DNA of 57,856 nucleotides from Dehalococcoidales bacterium (GTDB lineage Bacteria; Chloroflexota; Dehalococcoidia; Dehalococcoidales; UBA1222), in the NCBI GenBank assembly GCA_016286345.1, contig JAEESL010000004.1, positions 1 to 57,856 on the forward strand, read 5' to 3'. Positions 16,708-27,417 of the stretch are shown piece by piece. Below the pieces are notes generated by a model. That model did not search any database. It saw only the letters and a list, made by a program, of their open reading frames with translations, and was not told the DNA's origin. The first letter of the stretch is position 1. The number at the start of each line of letters is the position of its first letter. The position numbers and the translations under genes were made by a program.

Positions 16708-19416
16708 ATGAACACTAATAAGAAATCTAACAGACTTATTTACCTGGCAACCGTTTTATTAGTCCTGATTTCCGTATTAGGTACATTCACCGGCTGCAGT
16801 AAGGAAACCGAATCCAATGAGATCAAATATAAGACCTTTGATGATTTTGCAGGTACATCCATCGGCAGTTCTCTCGGTGATGATTACGAATCACTGATAT
16901 TCGATACATTTCATGATATCACTCATAAAGAATACACTGACTTTCATGCCGCTCTGGTAGGTCTCGAACACAGACAGATTTCAGCAATGCTGACCCAGAA
17001 GCCCTGTGCACTGGCAGTCGCCGCAGAAAACAGTGAACTGGCAGTATTTCCTATTGTTGTTGATACAGAAAACACAAGTTTTCTTTTCAAATATGGAAGT
17101 GAACTGACTGCTCCTGTTTCAGCAATAATGAAACAAATGGATGAAGACGGGACGATTGCAGCTCTTCAGGAAAAGTGGCTTGATTTCGAAGGTGAGGATC
17201 CTGTTATAGATCCCTCTTTGAGAGACACTTCAGGAAGGACCGGCGGAAAGATCAGATTCCTTATTGACATTGCCGGAATTGTTCCTTTCGGTTACTTCGA
17301 TGCAGACGGACAGCCTACCGGTTATGAAGTTGAACTATTCCTGATGATCGCACAGAAATTAAATATGGATGTCGATATCAAGAGCATGGATCTTGTATCT
17401 TCCATGCAGGCACTTAAACAGGGAAAGGCCGATATGCTCGGCAGTAACATCCCTTATACAGCTGAGCGTGCTGAAGAATTTGATTTCTCATATCCCGACT
17501 GGGTGAATGATATTGTCCTCCTCTGCCAGAAAGCAGATATTATGGAGGTCGAAGAAGAGGAACATAAAAACTTCTTCCAAAGCATTGCAGACAGTTTTTA
17601 CAAGACATTCATCAGAGATGCCAGATGGAAACTTGTACTCAATGGTTTGCTCATTACATTACTGATCACATTCCTTTCCGGTATTTTCGGAACTGTTGTC
17701 GGATTTTTCTGGGCGATTGGTTTCAGAGCAAAGAAAAAATGGATTTCAACACCTCTGAAGGTCATATCAAAGTTTCTGTCCGGAGTGCCGAGTATCGTTA
17801 TACTTCTGCTGACTTATTATGTCGTATTTAAATCGATTGATATTGCTCCGCTCGCAGTAAGCATAATTGCCTTTACGGTCATATTCGGCAATAAGATTGC
17901 AGGGATGATCGACGGCGGTATTGCATCAGTCGGAAAAGGGCAGTGGGAAGCTGCAACAGCTCTTGGCCTGACCAGAAAACAGACCTATAACAAAGTCGTA
18001 TTTCCTCAGGTGATCCGTGCGATACTTCCGTCATACAAGGAAGCTTTCGGCGGCTTGCTTGAATCAACTTCCATTGTGGGTTACATCGCAATTGCAGACC
18101 TTACCAAAGCGGTTGATATCATCAGAAGCAGAACGTATGAAGCTTTCTTCCCGTTAATTGCTGATGCAGCGATATATTTCATGGTTTCATGGCTGATCAT
18201 ATTTATCTTTACTAAGATTGAGATCAAAGTTGATGTTTATAACAGGAAGCGTGCCCTCACACGCGGTGTTAATAAAAACGTAACGATCAAAAAAGGTATT
18301 TCCAATGTCGAAGGTGAAAAAGGCGAGGAAATCATTCGTCTTGAACATATAAAGAAAGTGTATCCGAAGGTGACTCCTCTTGTTGATGTCAATGGTATGA
18401 TCAAGAGGGGAGACGTTATTGCGATAGTCGGCCCTTCAGGCACAGGAAAGTCAACACTGCTTCGATTGATCAACCGTATGGAAGACCCGACCGAGGGTAA
18501 GATATATGCATTTGGACAGGATACCGATTCCGAAGATTACGATCTTGTTGAACTTCACAAAAATATGGGAATGGTCTTCCAGCATTTCAATCTGTTCACT
18601 CATCTGAACGTAATTGAAAATGTAATGCTTGCTCCTATGGTGGTCAATCACATGTCGGCACAGGAGGCATATGAAGCAGGTATGGGCCTGTTGAAAACAC
18701 TTGGTGTTGCGGAAAAGGCTTTGGTTTATCCTGATGAACTGTCAGGCGGCCAGATGCAGAGAGTCGCAATTGCAAGAGCAGTTGCCATGAATCCCCAGGT
18801 ACTTCTTTTTGATGAGCCGACAAGTGCACTCGACCCTGCGATGGTGGATGAAGTTATTGCAAGTATGAAGATTCTTGCAAAACGTGGATTGACAATGCTT
18901 GTCGTAACGCATGAAATGCAGCTTGCACGTGATATTTCCACAAGACTCTTCTACATGGATAAAGGTGAGATCTATGAAGAAGGTCCGACTGAGGAGATGT
19001 TTGAGAATGCCAAGCGTCACAGAACTCTTGCTTTCATCAACAGAATGAGAGTGCTTGAACTCACCATCTTCAGTGCCGATTATGACTTCCTGGCAATGAA
19101 CAAAAGGATCACTGTTTTCTGCGACAGACATGAGATCCCTCATGCCAGAAATGAACAGATACTCAGATGCTTTGAAGAAATCGTTGCAGTCAACATCGTT
19201 CCTAAACTTGAAACAGGTTCAAAGCTTCATGTATTCATCGATTATCAGAGTGACAGAAAAGAGCTCTCCATGGTCTTCAACTGGCGGGGTGCAAGATTTG
19301 AGCCTATGGTCGACGGTGATGAAATCTCGGTTATGATCATCAGAAAGAGTATTACACGTGACGATTATCGTTATGATGATGCTGACACCAGAAATATTTT
19401 CAAAGTCGTACTTTAA
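16708..19416 (+). CDS. single-chain polar amino-acid ABC transporter (substrate-binding domains, permease, ATPase) with extra C-terminal domain
   Basis: Lipobox-like FTG-C; PFGY..G.PTGYEVEL SBP motif; GQWEAATALG EAA loop; GPSGTGKST, LSGGQMQR, FDEPTSALDP; about 120 aa tail. Confidence 0.9.
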   Translation: MNTNKKSNRLIYLATVLLVLISVLGTFTGCSKETESNEIKYKTFDDFAGTSIGSSLGDDYESLIFDTFHDITHKEYTDFHAALVGLEHRQISAMLTQKPCALAVAAENSELAVFPIVVDTENTSFLFKYGSELTAPVSAIMKQMDEDGTIAALQEKWLDFEGEDPVIDPSLRDTSGRTGGKIRFLIDIAGIVPFGYFDADGQPTGYEVELFLMIAQKLNMDVDIKSMDLVSSMQALKQGKADMLGSNIPYTAERAEEFDFSYPDWVNDIVLLCQKADIMEVEEEEHKNFFQSIADSFYKTFIRDARWKLVLNGLLITLLITFLSGIFGTVVGFFWAIGFRAKKKWISTPLKVISKFLSGVPSIVILLLTYYVVFKSIDIAPLAVSIIAFTVIFGNKIAGMIDGGIASVGKGQWEAATALGLTRKQTYNKVVFPQVIRAILPSYKEAFGGLLESTSIVGYIAIADLTKAVDIIRSRTYEAFFPLIADAAIYFMVSWLIIFIFTKIEIKVDVYNRKRALTRGVNKNVTIKKGISNVEGEKGEEIIRLEHIKKVYPKVTPLVDVNGMIKRGDVIAIVGPSGTGKSTLLRLINRMEDPTEGKIYAFGQDTDSEDYDLVELHKNMGMVFQHFNLFTHLNVIENVMLAPMVVNHMSAQEAYEAGMGLLKTLGVAEKALVYPDELSGGQMQRVAIARAVAMNPQVLLFDEPTSALDPAMVDEVIASMKILAKRGLTMLVVTHEMQLARDISTRLFYMDKGEIYEEGPTEEMFENAKRHRTLAFINRMRVLELTIFSADYDFLAMNKRITVFCDRHEIPHARNEQILRCFEEIVAVNIVPKLETGSKLHVFIDYQSDRKELSMVFNWRGARFEPMVDGDEISVMIIRKSITRDDYRYDDADTRNIFKVVL

Positions 19417-19446
19417 GTTATAATATTTTTTGGAAGGAATAGATCT

Positions 19447-19749
19447 ATGGATATTTCAAAAAGTGTAGAAAACAATGTATTAACATTTAAAATCTCCGGC
19501 AGACTTGATACTGTAACTGCTCCAAGCCTGGAGGCTGCAGTCAAGGAAGCTGTGACTCCTGAAACTTCAGGTATGATCTTTGATATGAGTGATCTTGAAT
19601 ATACATCTTCTGCAGGCTTAAGAGTTATTCTGATGTCCCATAAACTTATGTCTAAAACTGCTGAGGGATTCAAACTGATTAACGTATCAGCAGATGTCAG
19701 GGAAGTTCTTGAAATGACAGGTTTTCTTGATATCCTGACAATTGAATAG
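19447..19749 (+). CDS. anti-sigma factor antagonist (STAS, RsbV-like)
   Basis: GRLDTVTAP and YTSSAGLR phospho-Ser motif. Confidence 0.92.
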   Translation: MDISKSVENNVLTFKISGRLDTVTAPSLEAAVKEAVTPETSGMIFDMSDLEYTSSAGLRVILMSHKLMSKTAEGFKLINVSADVREVLEMTGFLDILTIE

Positions 19750-19857
19750 ATTTTGAATTTAATCCTTCTGCTGTTGCCTATAACATGAATATGGTCGTGT
19801 TGCATCAAACAGAAGGATTTTTGTTTTTGTATAATAGAATAAAGGATCGTAATAATA

Positions 19858-20088
19858 ATGCTTTCAGTTGTGGCATTGGTAATAAGCATAGTAGGCATAC
19901 TGGTATCACTGATACCGTTTGCCAATCTTTTTACTCTTTTTATTCCTCTGGTCGGAATAGTACTGGGGGCTCTGGCCACACATTTTTCAGACCGCAAGGG
20001 AATGGCGGTAGCCAGCATCATTCTTGGCGTGCTGGGAATAGGTGTTTCAGCCGCAGTTATGATCTGGGTTATTAACTTCTTATCCTGA
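19858..20088 (+). CDS. small membrane protein (DUF4190-like)
   Basis: Very hydrophobic; GIVLG...KGMAVASIILG pattern; AAGGA RBS. Confidence 0.7.
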   Translation: MLSVVALVISIVGILVSLIPFANLFTLFIPLVGIVLGALATHFSDRKGMAVASIILGVLGIGVSAAVMIWVINFLS

Positions 20089-20099
20089 TAAGCTGACTT

Positions 20100-22757
20100 C
20101 TATTTTTCAAGGCTTTTGATGTGATCTCTGAGCTTTTCCTGCTTCTCAAGAACTGCATCGAGTCTTGCCTGTTCCTTATCAATGACCTGCTTTGGAGCTC
20201 TTGATAAGAATGACTCATCCTTGAGATGTTTCTCGAGTCTTGCCTGTTCGTTGACTGCTTCAGTTAATTCCTTGTTCAGTTTTGCAAGCTGTGCTTCAAG
20301 ATCGAACAGCTTTGCCATAGGGATAATGATCTCTGCATTGGGAAGAACTTCAACGATGGCCTGGCCGGGGGTTTCTTCATTTCGTTTTTCTTCAAATGAA
20401 ACATCTGCCTTGGCGAGTACTGAAACAGCCTTTGAATAGTGAGTGAAGGTTGATGCAAGATCACCGCAGTAGATGGTTGCACCGATTACTTTGTTGATAT
20501 CAACATCATATTCACTTCTGACATTTCGCAGAACACGGACGATCTCAGTAAGAGTATCCATTTTTTCTTCATCTTCAGAATAATCCCATGCTTCATTCCA
20601 CTGAGGATATTCCGTGATCATAACTGAAGAAGGAGTGTCTGTAAGATTGGCTGCCTTCTTTATTGACTGCCATAATTCTTCAGTAATGAAGGGCATAATA
20701 GGATGGAGCAGTCTGAGGGATTGTTCGATTACTGTGAGAAGTACAGGCAATGGTGAATTGGCATCATTGCTGTTAAGACGTACCTTTGCGATTTCAATGT
20801 ACCAGTCGCAGATCTCTCCCCAGATGAAGTCATGGATGCATCTGACTGCTTCACCGAACTGGAAATCCTGGAGCATCTGATTCATTTCTCTGGTTGTTTT
20901 ATTGAGGCGTGAAAGAATCCATTTGTCTTCAAGAGTAAGTTTTGAGGAATCAATTGCAGTTGTTGAATTTTCATCCGTATATCGCAGTACGAATCGTACG
21001 GCATTATAGAGTTTATTGGCGAAGTTACGTCCTGCTTCGATCTTTGTCTTTCCAAGTTTGGAATCGTTGCCGGGAGTGATACCTGATATGACAGAGAATC
21101 TTAATGCATCGGCTCCATATTCATTGATGACGACCAGAGGATCAATTACATTGCCTTTGGTCTTGCTCATTTTTTCGCCTTTTTCATCTCTGATGAGACC
21201 GTGCAGATAAACATGATGGAACGGTACCTTGCCGGTGTTCTCAATACCCATCATGATCATACGTGCGACCCAGAAGAAGAGGATGTCATATGCTGTTTCC
21301 ATAACGGAAGTAGGGTAGAAATACTCAAAATCTTCTGTCTTATTGGGCCATCCGAGTGTTGAATGAGGCCAGAGACCTGATGAGAACCATGTGTCGAGTA
21401 CATCATCATCCTGATGGATGTGTGTTGAATGGCATGCTTCGCATTCAGTCGGTGTTTCAATGGAACATGTCATATGCTTGCAGTCATCGCAATACCATAC
21501 AGGGATTCTGTGTCCCCACCACAGCTGTCTTGAAATACACCAGTCACGGATGTTTTCCATCCAGTTGAGATATACCTTGGTGAATCTCTCAGGAACGATC
21601 GTGATCTCACCGGATTTAACTGCTTCGATGGCAGGTTCTGCCAACGGCTGGATTTTTACAAACCACTGGCTTGATACCTGTGGTTCAATTGTTGTCCTGC
21701 ATCTCTGACAGTGTCCGACGGCATGAACATGGTCTTCGATCTTGGTAAGATAGCCCTGGTCTTCCAGATCTTTGACTATCTTGATTCTGGCATCTTCTCT
21801 GCTGAGACCTTTATATGCACCGCCGTTCTCATTGATGCATGCATGTTCATCGAAAATATTGATTATGGGCAGATTGTGTCTCTGACCGATCTCAAAGTCA
21901 TTGGGGTCGTGGGCAGGAGTGGTTTTTACTGCGCCTGTACCGAAATCGATGCCGACTACATCATCTGCAACAATAGGGATCCTTCGGCCTACCAGAGGAA
22001 GTATCAGTTCCTTGCCGATCACATCCTTGTATCTTTCATCTTCCGGGTTAACAGCAACACCGGTATCGCCGAGAATAGTCTCAGGCCTTGTGGTGGCTAC
22101 TGTAATGAATTTTGATGGGTCATCGGCAAACGGGTATCGGATATACCAAAGCTTGCCTTTTTCGTCCATATGATCGACTTCAAGGTCTGAGAGCGCTGTC
22201 GTACAGCGGGGACACCAGTTGGTGATCCTTTCACCCTTGTAAATAAGACCTTTGTCATAAAGATGCTTGAATGTTGTTCGTACAGCCAGAGATGGACCGG
22301 GATCGAGGGTAAATGCTGCACGTGTGTTGTCATAGGATACGCCTAATCTGGTGTGCTGATTTGCAATGTGTGAACGGCAGTTTCCGACCCATTCCCACAT
22401 TCTCTTCATGAATGCTTCTCTTCCGATTTCCTGTCGGGTCTTGCCTTCCTTGGCGAGAGCGCGTTCCACAACTACCTGTGCGGCAATACCTGCATGATCT
22501 GTGCCGGGAAGCCATAATGTCGGTTCACCCAGCATTCTGTGATATCTGACCATGATGTCTTCAAGTGTGGCGGTCAGTGCATGACCGAGATGAAGATCAC
22601 CGGTGATATTGGGAGGCGGCTGGATCAGGACAAACGGTTTTTTCGATTTGTCGATCTTGGGTGTGAAATAGCCGTTGGCCAGCCAGTAGTCATACCACTT
22701 CTTTTCATTCTGTTTTGCATCATATGCTTTTGGAAGTTCGCTCTCATTATCAATCAT
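20100..22757 (-). CDS. valS: valyl-tRNA synthetase
   Basis: PPPNITGDLHLGH, DWCISRQLWWGH, KMSKT, C-terminal coiled coil. Confidence 0.98.
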   Translation of the reverse strand: MIDNESELPKAYDAKQNEKKWYDYWLANGYFTPKIDKSKKPFVLIQPPPNITGDLHLGHALTATLEDIMVRYHRMLGEPTLWLPGTDHAGIAAQVVVERALAKEGKTRQEIGREAFMKRMWEWVGNCRSHIANQHTRLGVSYDNTRAAFTLDPGPSLAVRTTFKHLYDKGLIYKGERITNWCPRCTTALSDLEVDHMDEKGKLWYIRYPFADDPSKFITVATTRPETILGDTGVAVNPEDERYKDVIGKELILPLVGRRIPIVADDVVGIDFGTGAVKTTPAHDPNDFEIGQRHNLPIINIFDEHACINENGGAYKGLSREDARIKIVKDLEDQGYLTKIEDHVHAVGHCQRCRTTIEPQVSSQWFVKIQPLAEPAIEAVKSGEITIVPERFTKVYLNWMENIRDWCISRQLWWGHRIPVWYCDDCKHMTCSIETPTECEACHSTHIHQDDDVLDTWFSSGLWPHSTLGWPNKTEDFEYFYPTSVMETAYDILFFWVARMIMMGIENTGKVPFHHVYLHGLIRDEKGEKMSKTKGNVIDPLVVINEYGADALRFSVISGITPGNDSKLGKTKIEAGRNFANKLYNAVRFVLRYTDENSTTAIDSSKLTLEDKWILSRLNKTTREMNQMLQDFQFGEAVRCIHDFIWGEICDWYIEIAKVRLNSNDANSPLPVLLTVIEQSLRLLHPIMPFITEELWQSIKKAANLTDTPSSVMITEYPQWNEAWDYSEDEEKMDTLTEIVRVLRNVRSEYDVDINKVIGATIYCGDLASTFTHYSKAVSVLAKADVSFEEKRNEETPGQAIVEVLPNAEIIIPMAKLFDLEAQLAKLNKELTEAVNEQARLEKHLKDESFLSRAPKQVIDKEQARLDAVLEKQEKLRDHIKSLEK

Positions 22758-22772
22758 GGGTACGTATCCTCT

Positions 22773-23960
22773 TTATTTAGTCCATTTTGGGTTTGAAACA
22801 AGCCAGTCGCAGATGACATCCGAGACTTTGCGCTTTGTCATTATGGGTAATTCGTTGATATTTTCATTGCCGTCAATAAGAGTGACCTTATTGTATTCGG
22901 AACCGAAGCCCCAGGCATCCTGCGTGATATCATTGGCAACGATCAGATCAAGCTCTTTCTTATGCAGCTTTTCGATTGCATTCCGGATGATATCATTGCT
23001 TTCTGCGGCAAAACCGATTTTTATCATATCTTCCTTTACCTGGGAAAGAATATCGGTATTCTTTGACAGATGCAGATCAAGTTCCTGATCGCTCTTCTTG
23101 ATTTTCTGTTTAGCAACATTGCTTGGTTTGTAATCGGAAACTGCAGCCGTCATCATCAGGGCGTCCGCATCCTTGCATGCCTTGACAACTTCGGCACACA
23201 TTTCGTCGGCTGTATTGACCGGAATAATATCCATGCCGGCAGGGTAGTCCATGGTGGATGCAGTTATAAGAGTGACGAGTGCGCCTCTGTCTCTTGCTGC
23301 TTCAGCAAGGGCATGGCCCATCTTGCCTGATGATCTGTTTGAAATGAATCTTACCGGGTCGATCGGTTCTCTGGTGCCTCCGGCTGTAATAACAACCTTT
23401 TTGCCGGCCATATCTCCGCTTCTTCCGATAACCGTACGGATTATTCCGAGTATGTGATGAGTTTCAGCAAGCTTTCCTTTACCGTAAACACCGCAGGCCA
23501 GCCTTCCTTCGACAGGCTCAATGAAGATAAAACCTCTGTCCTTGAGCTTCTGTATGTTCTCCTGGGTTATAGCATTTTCATACATGTTGACGTTCATCGC
23601 GGGAGCAATTACAACAGGTGATCTGGTAGCAAGCACCACATCGGTGAGAAGATCATCTGCATAACCGTTGGCAAGCTTTGCAATGATGTTTGCGGTTGCC
23701 GGTGCAATGAGTACGACGTCAGCTTTCTGGGCAAGATCGATATGAACGACACCTTCGTTGCTCTCATCCCACAGACTGGTATAGACTTTTCGTCTGGTCA
23801 AAGTCTGAAAAGTCAGAGGAGTGACAAATTCCTGTGCTGATCGAGTCATTACTACATCAACATTGGCTCCATCCTGTGTAAGTTTGTTGGCAATATCTAC
23901 AGCTTTGTAAGCAGCGATACTTCCTGTCACACCAATGACAATGTTTGAGTCTTTAATCAT
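22773..23960 (-). CDS. coaBC: bifunctional phosphopantothenoylcysteine decarboxylase/synthetase
   Basis: GVTGSIAAYK, APAMN, TREPIDPVRFISNRSSGKMG. Confidence 0.97.
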   Translation of the reverse strand: MIKDSNIVIGVTGSIAAYKAVDIANKLTQDGANVDVVMTRSAQEFVTPLTFQTLTRRKVYTSLWDESNEGVVHIDLAQKADVVLIAPATANIIAKLANGYADDLLTDVVLATRSPVVIAPAMNVNMYENAITQENIQKLKDRGFIFIEPVEGRLACGVYGKGKLAETHHILGIIRTVIGRSGDMAGKKVVITAGGTREPIDPVRFISNRSSGKMGHALAEAARDRGALVTLITASTMDYPAGMDIIPVNTADEMCAEVVKACKDADALMMTAAVSDYKPSNVAKQKIKKSDQELDLHLSKNTDILSQVKEDMIKIGFAAESNDIIRNAIEKLHKKELDLIVANDITQDAWGFGSEYNKVTLIDGNENINELPIMTKRKVSDVICDWLVSNPKWTK

Positions 23961-24026
23961 GCCGACCTCCGTGCCAGTTTACTGAATAATTTTTAATTAT
24001 ATAACTTAATTACTGACCAACAAAAA

Positions 24027-24791
24027 TCAGATGTTGTTTTCAAATATAATTCTCAGTCCGTCAAGTGTAAGATACGGATTTATATCATCAAAAATGGCTG
24101 TGTGATGTCCGATAAGTGTTGCTCTTCCGCCGGTTGCAACAACAATACAGTCATCATTGAATTCAGTCTTTACTTTTCTGGTAATTCCTTCAATTATGCT
24201 TAAATAGCCGTTGAGAAGACCTGACTGCATTGCACTGGTCGTGGATTTACCGATAACAGGCGGTTTCTCGCTGACGTTGATCTGAGGAAGCAGAGCTGTC
24301 TTAGCCGACATGCTTTCAGCGATCATATCAATGCCGGGTGCGATGACACCTCCGATATATTCACCGTTTTCAGTAATGATATCAAATGTGGTTGCTGTAC
24401 CCATATCGACTGCAATCACATTTTTCTTGTACAAATGATGTGCTGCAACTGCATTGGCGATTCTGTCCGCACCGACTTCCTTGGGGTTATCTATCCTTAT
24501 TTTGATTCCGGTCTTTACCCCTGAAGCTACGATGAGAGGAGAAATCCGGAAATATTTATTCATGGTTTCATCGATGAGTTTTGTCAGTTTCGGTACTACC
24601 GATCCGATCGAACATTGGTCTATTTTGTTTATATCAATTCCGCTGAATTCAATGAGGTTTCTTATATCCAGCCAGTATTCATCCACTGTTCGGATCGTAT
24701 TTGAAGACAGGCTCCATGTGTGGAGCAGCTTATCCTTGTCGAATAAGCCCAAAACAATCTGAGTGTTCCCGATATCAATGGCTAATAACAT
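24027..24791 (-). CDS. coaX: type III pantothenate kinase
   Basis: AIDIGNT, GADR, DMGTATT motifs. Confidence 0.96.
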   Translation of the reverse strand: MLLAIDIGNTQIVLGLFDKDKLLHTWSLSSNTIRTVDEYWLDIRNLIEFSGIDINKIDQCSIGSVVPKLTKLIDETMNKYFRISPLIVASGVKTGIKIRIDNPKEVGADRIANAVAAHHLYKKNVIAVDMGTATTFDIITENGEYIGGVIAPGIDMIAESMSAKTALLPQINVSEKPPVIGKSTTSAMQSGLLNGYLSIIEGITRKVKTEFNDDCIVVATGGRATLIGHHTAIFDDINPYLTLDGLRIIFENNI

Positions 24792-26343
24792 TCTTTTCTC
24801 CGTTTTTCATTGTCTTGATCGCTAATGGTATCTGTTTAATTAGATCTGATGCAATTATACCTGTATCTCCATATTCGGACCTGAGCTGTTCTGCAGTTTC
24901 CCCATGTATGCATACTCCTGCACAGGCAGCTTCAAATGATTCTAATCCCTGAGCCATAAGAGAAGCTATTATTCCGGCCAGGACATCTCCTGATCCGGCT
25001 GTTGCTAGACAGGGATTCGAATAAGGACTGACTGCGGCTCTTCCGTCAGGTGATGCGATCACTGTATGTGCGCCTTTGAGAACGACGATATGTCCCCATT
25101 TATCAGCAGCTTTTATTGCAGTGTCGATTCTGTTCTTATTGATCGTTTCTGTATCTGTACCGGTGAGTCTGGACATCTCTCCTGTATGAGGAGTAAGCAC
25201 AGCCGGTTTCTTAAAACCTTTCCACCAATTCTCCCGGGTTGAAAGAATGTTCAGCCCGTCTGCATCTATAAGACAGCTGATGCCGCTTTCCTTGACTGCA
25301 TCGATTGCTATGGTGACGGTATCTTCCGCAAATTGTGATCTTCCCAGGCCGCATCCGATCAGTACTGCCTGATGTCTGCATACTGCTTCTCTGATGCATT
25401 CAGGTCCGTTGTCTGTAATAAGATATGTGATTTCGGGGTAGACCGTTGCGACTACTGTCTGAAGCTGTTTTGATGCAGCCTGGGTAACAAGTCCGCATCC
25501 GCTTCTTATTGCTGAACCGCCGCTGAGAACTGCTGCACCGATGTACTGGTCTGATCCCGTAATCGAGAGAAGTTTGCCGAAAGTTCCCTTATGTGCATTC
25601 AGAGGTCTCTCGGGCAGAATGCCTTTTATCAGTTCATTCGTAAGATACTCAGATGAGTTATTCTTAAATGAATTATCCCTGGAAGGGGAGGAATAATGAT
25701 CTGAAATATCAGTGTTTGTGTAAAAAATATCTGAAACGATCAGTTTTCCGATATATGCAGAATTGTCTGCAGCCAGCAGTCCGTATTTGGGGAGCCCCAT
25801 AGTTACTGTGATATCTGCTGCAACGGTATGTTTATCAACGATTCCGTTATCATTGATCCCGGTCGGAAGATCGATTGCAATGACCTGTAAATTCTTTGTT
25901 TTTCTGACATCCGAAACCAAGTCCAGGATTTCTGCAATTGTTCCTTCAATTGGTCTGCTCTGACCGGTTCCGAGTATTGAATCAATAATGATATCAGATG
26001 TCAGCAGTACTTCTTTTGCTCGGTCTTCGTTTTCCCAGAAGTTGAACTGTTCGATCTTTGTCTGTCTGATCAGTGAGGTATTGAGGTCATCCTCTTTTCT
26101 TTCGCAGATAAAGATGACTTTGATATTGTATTTCTTTTCATTGAGAAGTCTTGCGATTACAAGTCCGTCGCCGCCATTGTTTCCCGGTCCTACGAGGATA
26201 GCGATCTGACACGGTCCGATCATTCCGCAGATGATGTCGGCAACAGCCTGCCCGGCATTTTCCATCAGGACATATTCCGGTATGCCGGCTTCAATGGCTT
26301 TCTTCTCGAAATTCTTCATTTCAGATGAATTGACTATCTGCAT
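24775..26343 (-). CDS. nnr: bifunctional NAD(P)HX epimerase/dehydratase
   Basis: LMENAG, GPGNNGGDG, HKGTFG, DADGL, TPHTGE, AGSGDVLAG; likely start MQIVNS at 26343. Confidence 0.95.
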   Translation of the reverse strand: MQIVNSSEMKNFEKKAIEAGIPEYVLMENAGQAVADIICGMIGPCQIAILVGPGNNGGDGLVIARLLNEKKYNIKVIFICERKEDDLNTSLIRQTKIEQFNFWENEDRAKEVLLTSDIIIDSILGTGQSRPIEGTIAEILDLVSDVRKTKNLQVIAIDLPTGINDNGIVDKHTVAADITVTMGLPKYGLLAADNSAYIGKLIVSDIFYTNTDISDHYSSPSRDNSFKNNSSEYLTNELIKGILPERPLNAHKGTFGKLLSITGSDQYIGAAVLSGGSAIRSGCGLVTQAASKQLQTVVATVYPEITYLITDNGPECIREAVCRHQAVLIGCGLGRSQFAEDTVTIAIDAVKESGISCLIDADGLNILSTRENWWKGFKKPAVLTPHTGEMSRLTGTDTETINKNRIDTAIKAADKWGHIVVLKGAHTVIASPDGRAAVSPYSNPCLATAGSGDVLAGIIASLMAQGLESFEAACAGVCIHGETAEQLRSEYGDTGIIASDLIKQIPLAIKTMKNGEKNVISH

Positions 26344-26455
26344 GATCTGTACCTGAAAAACAATTTGTCTACATATATTAATAAGAAACAATTGTCCTTT
26401 GCAAAATTATTGTGTAAAATAGGCAAGAATCTATGTCGGAGAAAGGACGCAAAAC

Positions 26456-27415
26456 ATGGCTGATATTGTTCGCGTTCATGAAGAAGACTTAAACGTAGAT
26501 AGGATCACTTACGGTGATCTTACATGGATTAGTATTATGCCTCCGACCACCAAGGAACTGGAGTACCTTTCAGCACATTTCGGATTCCATCCTCTCGATC
26601 TGGATGATACTCTCACCAGAACTCAGAGACCTAAAATCGATGAATACCGTGATTATCTGTTCATAGTCTTCAATTTCCCACGATATTTCAAATCAGATGC
26701 AATGATGGGGCATGCCCAGCTTTCAGTATTCATCAAGGATAATTATCTGATTACTATCCATAAGGGTGAACTCAAACCGCTTATCGGTCTTTTTGAATCG
26801 GTTGCAGAAGATAAAGAGCTTGCAGAAGATATAATGACCAAAGGCTCCGGTTATCTGCTGTATCGTGTTCTGGACAGACTTGTTGATTACTGTATGCCTA
26901 TTTTGAACAAGATCAGCGATAATATTGAGGATATTGAGGACGATATCTTCTCATCCAATAAGACCGAGACTTTGAGGGATATTACCAGAATCAGACGGGA
27001 TATCATTGCTTTCAGAAGAACTATCTGGCCTATGAGAACAGTTATTTCCAGCCTGGAACCGAGGATCAGGGAATACACAACTACAGATCTGACGGTTTTC
27101 TTCGGAGATATTTCGGACCATCTCGATAAGATATGGGATGGACTGAACGAACATAAGGAAGTTATTGAAAGTTTACACTCAACATATGACAGCCTTTCAT
27201 CCCAGCATGTTAATAACATCATGCGTATATTGACAATGTTTACAGCCATCGGTGCAGTATTGCAGATAGTTGTCGGTTTCTACGGCATGAATGTATGGCT
27301 TCCCGGTGGGAATGACATGGCAGGTTTCAGATATTCCTGGCTGATAATTGTCGGTGTAATGCTCGTACTCAGCCTTATCATTCTTTGGTACTTCAAACAC
27401 AAAGATTGGCTCTGA
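26456..27415 (+). CDS. corA: CorA family Mg/Co transporter
   Basis: QRPKID, GFYGMN signature, two C-terminal TMs. Confidence 0.93.
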   Translation: MADIVRVHEEDLNVDRITYGDLTWISIMPPTTKELEYLSAHFGFHPLDLDDTLTRTQRPKIDEYRDYLFIVFNFPRYFKSDAMMGHAQLSVFIKDNYLITIHKGELKPLIGLFESVAEDKELAEDIMTKGSGYLLYRVLDRLVDYCMPILNKISDNIEDIEDDIFSSNKTETLRDITRIRRDIIAFRRTIWPMRTVISSLEPRIREYTTTDLTVFFGDISDHLDKIWDGLNEHKEVIESLHSTYDSLSSQHVNNIMRILTMFTAIGAVLQIVVGFYGMNVWLPGGNDMAGFRYSWLIIVGVMLVLSLIILWYFKHKDWL

Positions 27416-27417
27416 TA

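Noticed and set aside
22757-22773. T-box leader for valS
   Set aside because: valS starts 15 nt after coaBC, leaving no room for a leader
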